Positions 1 through 8,907 of a DNA stretch of 20,000 nucleotides are shown here, in pieces. This DNA is from an uncultured virus (IMG/VR IMGVR_UViG_3300025732_000034) (Duplodnaviria; Heunggongvirae; Uroviricota; Caudoviricetes). Positions within the stretch are counted from its first letter, which is position 1, and each line of letters opens with the position of its first letter. The DNA lies in IMG/VR virus record IMGVR_UViG_3300025732_000034; one strand, written 5' to 3'. The notes beneath the pieces are model-generated. The model did no database searches and was not told the DNA's origin. It saw nothing but the letters and a program-made list of their open reading frames with translations. Made by a program: the position numbers and the translations under genes.

Positions 1-1301
1 GGGTTGTTCGCAATCGCACGGACGCTGCCAATTACCTCGTCGCCCTTGAGCGGCTTGATGCCGACAGAGCGCAGCGCATCAGCCGCACCTTGAGCAAACC
101 GAGCGCCTTGACCCAGATCGAGCGATGCGTTTGCTGCTTGACTGGCCCACTCGTCAGCCATGCGAGCCAGATCGCCTTTGTAGGTATATTTGGTCAAGCC
201 GACTGGCAGGTTGCGTTTGATCAAATCAAGACGGGCAGATGCCTCGGCAATGTTGCCAGCGTTGATCAGATCACGAACCTTCTGCACCTCGGCAGCAGCC
301 TCGGCGCTCAACTTGCCAGCCTGCGCCTCGTAGTCGGCCACCGCTTTGCCCAGATTCGCACGGCTCAAAGCAGCCTCACGCACCGGCCCTTGGGTAGTGT
401 TGAGCGCCTCTTTCATGGCGGTCGTTGTACCTCGGGCTTCCGCAGCCGTAGCACCACCGGCAAGTTTTGCCAGGGCGTTCAGGGACACTTCGCCCTGCGA
501 GGCTTTGAGCGCCTCGAGGAAACGCGGATCGCGGGCTGTGGCGCGGTCGATCAGCGCCTGCCATGTCGGGCTGTTGATGTTGGCCGTAGCCTGGGCTGCA
601 CTGACGTTCTGGCCTTGCGCTGCCTTGAGTGCGTTGAGCACCTCGGGCAGATCGGGGCCAAGGGCGTTGCGGGCAATATCCGCGGCTTTGTTGGCCGGGA
701 TGTTGCGAATGTCCATCACCTTGCCAGCGACCTTGCTGATCACCGGGCCAATCACTCGACCACCTGCTTCAAAGGTTGCACCCTCGAGCACGTTACGAGC
801 AGGCTCAGTGACGAGCGCAGCGCCGGTTCTGGGCTGCTTCATGCCCATCGCCACGTCAGCGGCTTCCAGGGCTTCCTTGGCAATGCCATAACCCAAGCCA
901 GCGCCAGCAACACCACCGGCAGCGGTGCCCACCGGGCCAGCACCAAACGTGCCCGCGGTGCCGCCCAGCAACCCGCCACCAATTGCGCCAGCAGCCTCCA
1001 CCAGAGGTGCGGCATAGGGGCGCACGGCTTGATAGATGCGCTGACCAGTGGTCAAGTCTTGTCGAGCGGCAGGGATCGCGTCAGGCGACACCTGGGTAGC
1101 GGATGGCTGCATCGCCTCGGGCAGCGGTGCTGCTTTGAGACTAGGCACACCGAAGCGGTCACGAATGGCTTCTTGCGTTGCCGGGTTCGCTTTGGTGAAG
1201 TTCGGGTCTTGCGCCGAGAACTTGTCAAAGATGGCCCGCTTCGTTGCCTCGTTGGCGTTGACGTAGTTGGGGTCGGTAAGGATCGAGGCGAGGTCTGCCA
1301 T
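1..1301 (-). CDS. Putative DNA ejection/internal virion protein (P22 gp16-like position), 3' end beyond window edge
   Basis: Not in ORF track. Hand translation from ATG at 1301 (SD TAAGGAG-CCGAC-ATG) reads MADLASILTDPNYVNANEATKRAIFDKF... and stays open to position 1 (...SVRAIANNP). Ala/Gly-rich and helical, with a glycine-rich hydrophobic segment. Third gene of the ejection cluster by synteny. Confidence 0.75.
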   Translation of the reverse strand, partial: MADLASILTDPNYVNANEATKRAIFDKFSAQDPNFTKANPATQEAIRDRFGVPSLKAAPLPEAMQPSATQVSPDAIPAARQDLTTGQRIYQAVRPYAAPLVEAAGAIGGGLLGGTAGTFGAGPVGTAAGGVAGAGLGYGIAKEALEAADVAMGMKQPRTGAALVTEPARNVLEGATFEAGGRVIGPVISKVAGKVMDIRNIPANKAADIARNALGPDLPEVLNALKAAQGQNVSAAQATANINSPTWQALIDRATARDPRFLEALKASQGEVSLNALAKLAGGATAAEARGTTTAMKEALNTTQGPVREAALSRANLGKAVADYEAQAGKLSAEAAAEVQKVRDLINAGNIAEASARLDLIKRNLPVGLTKYTYKGDLARMADEWASQAANASLDLGQGARFAQGAADALRSVGIKPLKGDEVIGSVRAIANN

Positions 1302-1310
1302 GTCGGCTCC

Positions 1311-2663
1311 TTACTTCAGCAACGGATTGTTTGTGTCTACTGCGCCACCAGCGGCAGGGGCAGCGCCACCTGGACGGGAAGCGCGAGATTGTGCTCTTGA
1401 CACACCTGTGCGAATAACTTCTTGCAGGTCACGAGCAGCAGCCATGAACTCTTTCTCGCTTTGAGCCAGAGACATTCGGTTGATTGCGTCAGTACCCTTC
1501 GAGCCTTCTTTTTCCGTGATCGCACCGCCGCCTTTAAGCGCTTCAAACGCCTCAAGGAACGATGCGCCTTTGATCTGGTCAAAGCGCGAATTGAAGTCGG
1601 CAGCATCTGTGCCAGGAACAAACCGAGAGCCGGGTAGCCAAGTGGTGCCCACTGCGTTCTCGAAGCCGGGGTGCGGTTTTGTCGCGGCTTGAATGACCTT
1701 GCCATTCTTGTCGCGCACTTCTTGTTTGCCAACCAGTTCGTCGATCAAACGCAAACCGTCTTCGGCACGAGAAATGATCTTCGGCAGCGCCTGCTGTGCG
1801 GCCACATCGCCCTTGGCAATTGCCTCGCCGGTGGCCTTTGCACCAGCCATGCGCTGTTGGAACACGGGGTCGGCATCGCGGCGTTGGTTCTCCTCGAGCA
1901 CGGCCACACGACGGCCTTCAAGACCGAGGCGTTGACCTTCTTGCTTAATACGCTCACGATCACGCTGGTCTTGCAGTTTCTGCGCTTCGGTGAGCGTAAC
2001 GGTTCCCGAACTGCCAGGTACGACAGCAGCAGTGCCGCCCATTCCAGGCACTGATGTAATTTGCTTTGTGCCACCGAAATCTTGCTGGAAATACTGGGGT
2101 TTATTCAACTCCATGTACTTGCTCAAACCCAGCGCAGCCTGTTGTTTCCACTGAGCAAACCCAGCGGGGTCAGCGGGAATCGAACGAGCGGCGTCCATGA
2201 TGGACACGCTGGCAATTGGAGAACCAACCATGTCAGGGTCTCTTTGTTGCGCTTGCAGCCACTGCAACGCAGATCGCTGATCGGTCACGCCAACAAGAGC
2301 ATCACGGTACAGCGCGGCCTTGTCGATGTGCAACTTTGCACGACGAGCCGCTTCTTCCGTCATCGCCTTCTCAGTCTCGGTCAGTTTGCCACCAACCGTT
2401 TGACCATACTTACCGTAACCCGTGAGCAACGACGCACGGTTCTCCGGCTTGAGCAATTCAGGATTTTTAGCGATGTCGGCAGCAAGACGGTTCTGTCCTT
2501 CAACCTCGCGCTGGTACTCGGCCAGCTTGGCCTCGTTGAGCACGTTTTCCTGCTGCATACCTTTCAGTTTCATCACACCAGCCAACTGATTGACCGGCGA
2601 CAAAGCCTGGTAGTCGATTTGTATCGGCTGAACGCCAAGGGAAATGCGGGGATCAATTGGCAT
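1311..2663 (-). CDS. Putative DNA ejection/transfer protein (P22 gp20-like position)
   Basis: 450 aa, Ala/Gln/Glu-rich helical protein starting MPIDPRISLGVQP, with SD AAGGAA upstream. Lies between the gp7-like and gp16-like genes. Confidence 0.65.
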   Translation of the reverse strand: MPIDPRISLGVQPIQIDYQALSPVNQLAGVMKLKGMQQENVLNEAKLAEYQREVEGQNRLAADIAKNPELLKPENRASLLTGYGKYGQTVGGKLTETEKAMTEEAARRAKLHIDKAALYRDALVGVTDQRSALQWLQAQQRDPDMVGSPIASVSIMDAARSIPADPAGFAQWKQQAALGLSKYMELNKPQYFQQDFGGTKQITSVPGMGGTAAVVPGSSGTVTLTEAQKLQDQRDRERIKQEGQRLGLEGRRVAVLEENQRRDADPVFQQRMAGAKATGEAIAKGDVAAQQALPKIISRAEDGLRLIDELVGKQEVRDKNGKVIQAATKPHPGFENAVGTTWLPGSRFVPGTDAADFNSRFDQIKGASFLEAFEALKGGGAITEKEGSKGTDAINRMSLAQSEKEFMAAARDLQEVIRTGVSRAQSRASRPGGAAPAAGGAVDTNNPLLK

Positions 2664-2672
2664 GATTATTCC

Positions 2673-3503
2673 TTAACCCATAACTGAACTTGCGTCAACG
2701 CCAGGGTATCTGATTGTCGGTACTTGCGGGAACATGCGGTTGTACAACTGGTTCTGGTTATACATGCCGTACAAATTGATGCCTTGACCCAAGGCTTGAC
2801 TGATGGCGTTTGCACCACCCACGTAACCCGAGGCGCGGGCTGCTGCTCCGCTGGTCAACGCTTCTCCGATATTGCTTGCCGATTGGCTTGCAATGTTGCC
2901 AGAAGCCGTCGCATAGTTTTGACCAGCGGTTCCAATTTGCTGTGCCGTCGTTTGACCCACGCCAGCAAGAGATGCCAGTCGGTTGTAGTTGAGGGCGTCT
3001 TGTTGAACGTCAGCCTCATACTTTTGAACGTCTGCACCGTACTTCTGGAATGCTCGGTTGTAGGCGTTTTGGTATTCTTGCGAACCCATTTCTTGACCAT
3101 ATCGAGTCAGTGCTTTACCGGCAGCACCCGACAGCAAGCCACCGCGGGCAGCAGCCGAACGCTCCAGTGCTTTCTGTCCCTCAGACAATCGGAACGCATA
3201 CCCGGGGTCTTGCGTTACATCAACTTTGCCCGTAAACGTGGGAAAAAGAAACTTGGTTTCAGGAATGCCTTGCAGCTTCGTCAGCGCAGTCTTGCCAGCC
3301 TCATACCAAGGCTGTTGACGGGCAATGCCTTCTTCGTAAATGCGTTTCTGAAGCGCGAGTTGTTCTTGTGCGGTTTCTCGCTGAAGTTGTGCCGCGGCAT
3401 CAGTTGAAGCGGCTTGTGTTTCAGCGGCTTGACTTGCTGCACTAGACCCACGATTTGCGGAATAAACGGTTGCCGCCGCAACGGCAGTAAATCCCCATGT
3501 CAT
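2673..3503 (-). CDS. DNA ejection/transfer protein (P22 gp7-like)
   Basis: 276 aa, Ala/Gln/Gly-rich. Contains motifs typical of gp7-like proteins: QQPWYEAGKTAL, DPGYAFRLSEGQKALERSAAARGGLLSGAAGKALTRYGQ, YNRLASLAGVGQT. SD AAGGAG; ATGA overlap with the cupin gene. Confidence 0.75.
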   Translation of the reverse strand: MTWGFTAVAAATVYSANRGSSAASQAAETQAASTDAAAQLQRETAQEQLALQKRIYEEGIARQQPWYEAGKTALTKLQGIPETKFLFPTFTGKVDVTQDPGYAFRLSEGQKALERSAAARGGLLSGAAGKALTRYGQEMGSQEYQNAYNRAFQKYGADVQKYEADVQQDALNYNRLASLAGVGQTTAQQIGTAGQNYATASGNIASQSASNIGEALTSGAAARASGYVGGANAISQALGQGINLYGMYNQNQLYNRMFPQVPTIRYPGVDASSVMG

Positions 3504-4018
3504 AGCGTTTCTCCTTTTGCAGCAATCTGCGCCAGTTTCTCAGTTGAATCAATCAGCCCCATTTCGTCATACGATGGGGAAATAACTTCTTGCTCGATTT
3601 TATCGAGTTCGGCCTCACTCTCAAACTCTGTCAAGTGAACCGTGGTCCAAAGCGTGTCTTCTTCGGCATAAACCGCACGTTTCAGGCCAACCTCGGACAC
3701 AAAAGTGCAAGGGGCTTCAAGGTATTTTGTGCCGAACTCGGTGACAACCTTTACGCGACCCTTACTGATAAAGTTCAAGTGCTGATGCCGGTGAATCTTG
3801 CCAATGATTAAGGTGCCCTTGGGGATAAACATCTCGCGAGCGTAGGTGCAGCAGCCATACTTTTCGTCTTTGGGCGTGAAGTAATGGGTCAGGGTGCAGT
3901 CTTCCAGCGTGGACTCGACCGCGCCCTCGGCAATCATTTGCTGAAGGCCGTCTTGCACCGTCAGGATGTCCTGACGAAATTGCACTTTGCTCGGAGTGTT
4001 TTGGGCTACCAGGTCCAT
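3500..4018 (-). CDS. Cupin-fold (RmlC-like) protein
   Basis: 172 aa; YAREMFIPKGTLIIGKIHRHQHLNFISKGRVKV resembles cupin motif 1 with clustered His residues, followed by beta-rich LEAPCTFVS..KRAVYAEEDTLWTTVH. Confidence 0.65.
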   Translation of the reverse strand: MDLVAQNTPSKVQFRQDILTVQDGLQQMIAEGAVESTLEDCTLTHYFTPKDEKYGCCTYAREMFIPKGTLIIGKIHRHQHLNFISKGRVKVVTEFGTKYLEAPCTFVSEVGLKRAVYAEEDTLWTTVHLTEFESEAELDKIEQEVISPSYDEMGLIDSTEKLAQIAAKGETL

Positions 4019-4353
4019 CAGGTCACCTCGCGTCCGCTGACTCGCATGTTGATGGACGATGCGGTGCCAGCAATCGTGGAAATGAAGTCGCCAGGGTTAA
4101 GCACCTGGCCCACCAACTCAGGGAATGTGTAGACCTCGGCAGGCTGGAGCGTTTTGGTCTTGGTGATCAAGTTGGCATTGCCAGCCGATCCGGCGACCGT
4201 GACGAGGTTGACGCTGATTGTGGCAGCGGCGGTGTTGTAGTTCGTCGCGGTGAACTTGTCGATGATCGTGGTCACACCAGTCGCAGTGTACTGGGTGGTT
4301 TGGGTGTTCTCGACCGTTTTGGCCGGAACAATGTTTTTGACGGTCACTGTCAT
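4018..4353 (-). CDS. Small beta-rich putative virion (tail-associated) protein
   Basis: 111 aa, Thr/Val-rich. Directly follows the needle/fibre gene, and its stop overlaps the cupin start (TGATG). Confidence 0.6.
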   Translation of the reverse strand: MTVTVKNIVPAKTVENTQTTQYTATGVTTIIDKFTATNYNTAAATISVNLVTVAGSAGNANLITKTKTLQPAEVYTFPELVGQVLNPGDFISTIAGTASSINMRVSGREVT

Positions 4354-4357
4354 GGCG

Positions 4358-6124
4358 TTACTCCAAAAGTAGGGCGTTGTTCGGGATGTATTGCGTCATT
4401 ATCCAGTTTGTTCCGTCAGAAACCAAGGTGCATTGATCTCCGGCACTTGCCAACAGAATAGAAGTGCTCGCGGCACCTCCAGCCACGGGCACAACATTAC
4501 TGGACGCTGACACCAATGTTTGCGCCTGATAGTTTTGAAAGCGCAAAACTCTGCCGGAATAGCTGGACGCCGTGGGTAGCGTGGCTGTACAGGACGATCC
4601 CGACTTGTTGTTGATAATCCAAACATCCGTGGTAGCCACGGAAAAGTTGGCTGTATAGGTGACCGGCGCAGCCGTAGGCTGGTACGGCAGCGTCGGAATA
4701 TCGGCAGCAACCAAGGCACGAAAGGTCGGTGCGGCAGCGCTTCCCGTAGTGGGTCCGGCAAAAACATAATTTGCCGTGGCCGTAGCCACACCCGTACCGC
4801 CCCGACTGACGGCAAGCTGACCCGTCCAACCCAGTGTCAAAGATGTAGCAGCCAGCAACGATGTGGTCGGTGTGCCACCAAGCGTCAATGTGACATTGGT
4901 GTCGTCGGTCTTGGTCAAGGCAGCGCCACTGACCCACTCGGGAGCCGTAGCACCCGCGTTGACCTTGAGCACTTGCAACGCGGTGCCAATCGGCAGAAAC
5001 GTCGTGATGCTGGGAGCGGACTGATACGGTACTGACCCAGCAGCGCCTCCGGCTATGTTGGTGGCCGTGCCAATGACTATCGACGACGGCGCGACGTTTT
5101 TCCAATACTGAAGCGTGCTGTCGTATTGAATCAGGTCGCTATTGGCCAGCGTGCCAAACTGCACGTTGCTGTCCGTGCCGCCCAGCACAGAGCCTGGCAC
5201 GATGCGGATGTGCATGGAACCGGAGCCAGCCGAGGCGGCGTTGATGACCTCGCCGATGTACGATTTGATGCTGGGCGCAGTCGGCTTGACCTTAGTCATC
5301 GACCCAACAAAATTTGGGTTGTAGTACAACGGGTCACCGTCAGCCCATGTCTCACCGACGCTGCTGCCTGTTGTGTTGAAGCCACGCAAGTCGCCGCTGA
5401 TCTGAATCAGGCCAAACCCGTTGAGCGCAATGGTCTCAGCGGCCACGCCAACAATTTGGTTAGGGTCGGTCAGCCCCAGCGGTGTAGGCGCGGCAGTAAT
5501 AACGCCCGAAGCACCCACAGCACCCGTGTGATAGCAAAGCTGGCCTTTGGTGATGGCCGACGAGGCTTTAACGTAGACGTACTCAGACTCACCGACTTTG
5601 ATGAGCACGTTTGCGGTGGCTTGAATGCCCAGCGTAGAGCCGCCGTCCCAGTACATGCTGCCCACAGCCGTAGGCACGGGTGATGGCGCGGTGTTGAACG
5701 TCAGCCAAGGCACGTTGTCTTGCTGAAGCGGGGCCATGCTGCCCAACTCAGGCTGGCGCTGGGTCTGGACATCTTGGCGCAACACATCGAGTTGCTGGCG
5801 CAATTCATCAACGGCTGCTGACGGTAATGTTTGCAACTCTTGTCGCACAACGTCAAGGGTTGCCTGTAACTCAGATGTGCCGGATGCGGGTTGAGTTTGC
5901 AGCCCCACAATGTCGATGATGATGTCTGTTAGGTCTTCTTGTTGAGCCGTGGGAGGACCAAGTTGCAAATCTGTCAGCGACGTGGTGTTTTGACCACCGC
6001 CAACCAATTGAAACAGATTCAAGAAAAATCGATACCACTCACGCGAGATCAATCCGGTTCGCTGATCAATGATCGGAACCCTGGGGGGTGTGATGTTGGT
6101 TAAATCGACGGTTGCCATCGTCAA
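4358..6124 (-). CDS. Tail needle/fibre protein (P22 gp26 position) with extended C-terminal fibre domains
   Basis: 588 aa directly downstream of the gp10-like gene (ATGA overlap). N-terminal PPRVPIIDQRTGLISREWYRFF, then a coiled coil with a 22-aa repeat, then Gly/Thr/Ala-rich fibre motifs (DLIQYDSTLQYWKN, GQLAVSRGGTG). The start may be the second Met at 6118. Confidence 0.65.
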   Translation of the reverse strand: MTMATVDLTNITPPRVPIIDQRTGLISREWYRFFLNLFQLVGGGQNTTSLTDLQLGPPTAQQEDLTDIIIDIVGLQTQPASGTSELQATLDVVRQELQTLPSAAVDELRQQLDVLRQDVQTQRQPELGSMAPLQQDNVPWLTFNTAPSPVPTAVGSMYWDGGSTLGIQATANVLIKVGESEYVYVKASSAITKGQLCYHTGAVGASGVITAAPTPLGLTDPNQIVGVAAETIALNGFGLIQISGDLRGFNTTGSSVGETWADGDPLYYNPNFVGSMTKVKPTAPSIKSYIGEVINAASAGSGSMHIRIVPGSVLGGTDSNVQFGTLANSDLIQYDSTLQYWKNVAPSSIVIGTATNIAGGAAGSVPYQSAPSITTFLPIGTALQVLKVNAGATAPEWVSGAALTKTDDTNVTLTLGGTPTTSLLAATSLTLGWTGQLAVSRGGTGVATATANYVFAGPTTGSAAAPTFRALVAADIPTLPYQPTAAPVTYTANFSVATTDVWIINNKSGSSCTATLPTASSYSGRVLRFQNYQAQTLVSASSNVVPVAGGAASTSILLASAGDQCTLVSDGTNWIMTQYIPNNALLLE

Positions 6125-7560
6125 GCCGTAGTCGGGCTAAGAATCAGTTCAGCGCCCATGATTGCGGTCTTTACCGGGTCAGTCATCGACAACTCATACA
6201 CCCGGTCGCGCAGCTTCATGGTCATGCCAAGACGACGGAAGAACACCCGGCGGTAGTATTGACCAATCTTGCCAATTGACGCTGTGTGTTCGTTGGACCA
6301 CGTATGACCACCATCATCTGACCAGCGCAGCATGACCTCGGGGTCGCTGCCTTGCCCAATGTTAAGGCCAACACCTGACTCCAGGTCGATCTGAAGACTG
6401 TGGTGCGCCGTGCGCTTAAGATCGTTTTGACCTGTCGGGAGCGCCCGCCATGTCCGCAGCCACTTTTGAATCTGACCATTGTCAGCGTAGGTGTCGAGGT
6501 CAAAGGCGTAGATGTTGCCGTCCTCGTAGTCGCCCACAATGATCTTGTTGTTGAACGCCATCTGGCAGTTGCTGCGGTGGCGCGTGAATGAGCCATTGTT
6601 CCAGCCAGCCCGCTCATGCCATGCGCCGGTGGCAACGTCGTACACCCATGTCGTGTTGGCACTGGGGAAAATGAGCACGTAGAAGCTGTGGCCGTCTTGC
6701 TGGTAGGTGTAAGCCAGCGAATCGGTCAAATTGCCATACTGCTGGATGTGCCACTCGACGGCATGGGTGCTGATGCGCTGACCCGTGTAGCCGTTGGCCC
6801 GGTAGACAATACCCTGGCCTCGGGCGTCAGCGCCCAGCCAGAAGATGCCGTTGTCCATCTTGGCAATCGTGTAGGCCGAGATGCAGCCGATCTCGTTAAA
6901 CGCACCCTGAATGCGCTGGAGCGGAAAGTCCTGAGTGCCCGCGTCATACCAAACCTCGACGCTGTTTGTGCCGTAGACCCAGACCTCGCGGTGGTCGATG
7001 ATGATGCCAACCACGCCGTCAGGAGAACCCTCGGCGCTGGCAAAGTCGAGGGGGTCGACCGACAATCCGTCAAGCAGGCTCGTGATCCAGATTTTCTGAC
7101 TGTTTGGCTCGTTGAACACAAAGTAGCCGTCCAGATAACCAACGGTCACTGCGCCAGGGAAGTCTGGATCGGTGATCTGTGCAAACACGTTGGTCGTGTT
7201 GTTGTAGATGTAACTGGGGCCGTTGGCAGCGATGAACAATTGAGTGCCGTTGTCGGCCATGCTCACCGGCCCGGTGCCCGTAATCGTGCCCAGCAGCGTG
7301 GGGGTGTAACTGGTGTTGATCTTGTACAGGCTGTTGCCCGAGACAACAAAGGCGACAGAGTTGTCGGACGAGAAGGACCACAGCCCGCGGATCGGCCCGT
7401 CACCAATGGTTGCAAGGTTCAGCAGCCCTGGGCAGCGTTGCAGGTACGCTGGTTCTTTACCCGCTTCGGGGACAACCTCGGGAAAAAGATTGATCATGCG
7501 AGCGTCCGCAGCATTGACGCTGCGGGCCACATACGTCGAGCCAAGGATCGGGGTCTTCAT
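6121..7560 (-). CDS. Tail hub / DNA stabilization protein (P22 gp10-like)
   Basis: 479 aa, beta-propeller-like. Motifs DFASAEGSPD, TWVYDVATGAWHER and MLRWSDDGGHTWSNE...GKIGQY are characteristic of gp10-like proteins. Follows the gp4-like gene. Confidence 0.85.
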   Translation of the reverse strand: MKTPILGSTYVARSVNAADARMINLFPEVVPEAGKEPAYLQRCPGLLNLATIGDGPIRGLWSFSSDNSVAFVVSGNSLYKINTSYTPTLLGTITGTGPVSMADNGTQLFIAANGPSYIYNNTTNVFAQITDPDFPGAVTVGYLDGYFVFNEPNSQKIWITSLLDGLSVDPLDFASAEGSPDGVVGIIIDHREVWVYGTNSVEVWYDAGTQDFPLQRIQGAFNEIGCISAYTIAKMDNGIFWLGADARGQGIVYRANGYTGQRISTHAVEWHIQQYGNLTDSLAYTYQQDGHSFYVLIFPSANTTWVYDVATGAWHERAGWNNGSFTRHRSNCQMAFNNKIIVGDYEDGNIYAFDLDTYADNGQIQKWLRTWRALPTGQNDLKRTAHHSLQIDLESGVGLNIGQGSDPEVMLRWSDDGGHTWSNEHTASIGKIGQYYRRVFFRRLGMTMKLRDRVYELSMTDPVKTAIMGAELILSPTTA

Positions 7561-8291
7561 TAGTAGTTACCCGCATAGACGTTGAATCGCTGGCGCGTTG
7601 CGATCAGCGAATACGGCATAGACATCACATCATCCGGGTTGTTGATGCGCTTCAGATCGCGCTTGCTGGTCATGGCAATACGCATGACCTGGGGCGATGG
7701 CTCCACGCCAAATTCGGGTGCGATTTCGCATGCGAGGTTGTAGGCAAAGGCCCGCAGGTAACCCGGAGGGAACAGAATCTGCGTGGACAGGTTTGCAGGC
7801 TGATCCAGCGGCTGCACACTGATGAAATGAAACTCCAACAGTCGCGTGGGCCGCGGGTAGATGAAGATGTCAATGTTCGGATAGGTCATGTTGACGAACA
7901 TGACCTGGGGATACGTGGATGTCACGGTTTTGACCGCGATGCCGTCGTACTGCTGCTGATTGATCAGCTTGATGCCGTAGGACACATTGGTCTGCGGATC
8001 ACGGAAATAGGTGGCGTCATCAACCAGGATGGGGCGCTCGGCAGTGCCGTTCAAACGCACCAGCGATCCGGTGGGGCCAAGGGTTGCGTTGATCTGATCG
8101 ACCGGCCAGTTGCAGATTTGGTCGATGGTTGAGAAGACGGACAGGCGCTCGGTGTTCCATGACTCAATCATTTGATTGAGCGCCATCAAGCAGTCCTGAG
8201 ACACGGCTGCGGAAGGCGTTTCACCTTCGGCCAGCACACCTAGCAGCCGCAACGCCCGATTGATCTGTTCGCCTGCGGTGTAGGTAGCCAT
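7560..8291 (-). CDS. Head-tail adaptor / tail accessory factor (P22 gp4-like)
   Basis: 243 aa; N-terminal TAGEQINRALRLLGVLAEGETPSA...ALNQMIESW and C-terminal FPPGYLRAFAYNLACEIAPEFG match gp4-like adaptors. SD AAGGAG. Confidence 0.8.
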   Translation of the reverse strand: MATYTAGEQINRALRLLGVLAEGETPSAAVSQDCLMALNQMIESWNTERLSVFSTIDQICNWPVDQINATLGPTGSLVRLNGTAERPILVDDATYFRDPQTNVSYGIKLINQQQYDGIAVKTVTSTYPQVMFVNMTYPNIDIFIYPRPTRLLEFHFISVQPLDQPANLSTQILFPPGYLRAFAYNLACEIAPEFGVEPSPQVMRIAMTSKRDLKRINNPDDVMSMPYSLIATRQRFNVYAGNY

Positions 8292-8292
8292 G

Positions 8293-8541
8293 TCACTCTC
8301 CTTCGTCTGACTGCGGTGCCAAAAAATCCGGCATTGGGGTTTCTACCGATTCCTCGGTTTTCTTGCGGCGACCGCGCCGCGCAATCGGAGCCACATCAGC
8401 TTCCGAGGCCACTTCTTCGACAGTCGAAGGCGTGTCAGGATTGTAGCGCGTCCAGCCGTTTTGTTCATCAAAATCGGCCTCCATGTCCATTGTGGCAATT
8501 TTGTTGCCGTGAACCGGGTGCTGGAGATAAATTGAAGGCAT
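8293..8541 (-). CDS. Hypothetical phage protein
   Basis: 82 aa filling the gap between the hairpin at 8550 and the adaptor gene. IYLQHPVHGNK..NGW N-terminus, acidic linker and RRGRRKK basic patch. Confidence 0.6.
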   Translation of the reverse strand: MPSIYLQHPVHGNKIATMDMEADFDEQNGWTRYNPDTPSTVEEVASEADVAPIARRGRRKKTEESVETPMPDFLAPQSDEGE

Positions 8542-8549
8542 TGTTTAAG

Positions 8550-8569
8550 AACGGGGCCGAAGCCCCGTT
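8550..8569 (-). terminator. GC-rich UUCG hairpin (weak intrinsic terminator or mRNA stabiliser) 3
   Basis: Minus strand AACGGGGC-TTCG-GCCCCGTT followed by CTTAAAC, just after the stop of 8573..8869. Confidence 0.65.
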
Positions 8570-8572
8570 TGT

Positions 8573-8869
8573 TTAGGCAACGACAGGATACTGCCACTTG
8601 GTGCCGTCCGAAATGAACAGCTTGCCAAGGCCAGTGGCGTTGGTGGTGGTCGCCAACGAACCAACCGGAGCGGAGGTCGTGGTCGAGTTTGCCGTGATGG
8701 CAGAGGTCAGAAAATACAGACCTGCTGTCAAGTTGGCGGCGGCTACGTTGCCGGTAGTGGCGATGGTGTTTGCAATCAGACCGCCGTTGACGACAGCAGC
8801 ACCGCTAACGGTGACGCTCTCGAACTCGGGGTCAGAATATGCAACACCTACTGCTTTGGTATTGGGCAT
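8573..8869 (-). CDS. Putative capsid decoration / minor virion protein
   Basis: 98 aa, Ala/Thr/Gly-rich, ending APVGSLATTTNATGLGKLFISDGTKW. SD AAGGAA. Second gene after the major capsid. Confidence 0.55.
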   Translation of the reverse strand: MPNTKAVGVAYSDPEFESVTVSGAAVVNGGLIANTIATTGNVAAANLTAGLYFLTSAITANSTTTSAPVGSLATTTNATGLGKLFISDGTKWQYPVVA

Positions 8870-8883
8870 GATGATTCCTTAAG

Positions 8884-8905
8884 AACGGGGGCCGAAGCCC
8901 CCATT
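8884..8905 (-). terminator. GC-rich UUCG hairpin 2
   Basis: Minus strand AATGGGGGC-TTCG-GCCCCCGTT followed by CTTAAGGAATCATC-ATG, just after the stop of 8908..9315. Confidence 0.65.
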
Positions 8906-8907
8906 GT

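Noticed and set aside
90..1400. 436-aa plus-strand ORF
   Set aside because: Antisense shadow of the minus-strand ejection gene (<1..1301); TTG start, implausible Arg/Cys/His-rich composition, no motif.
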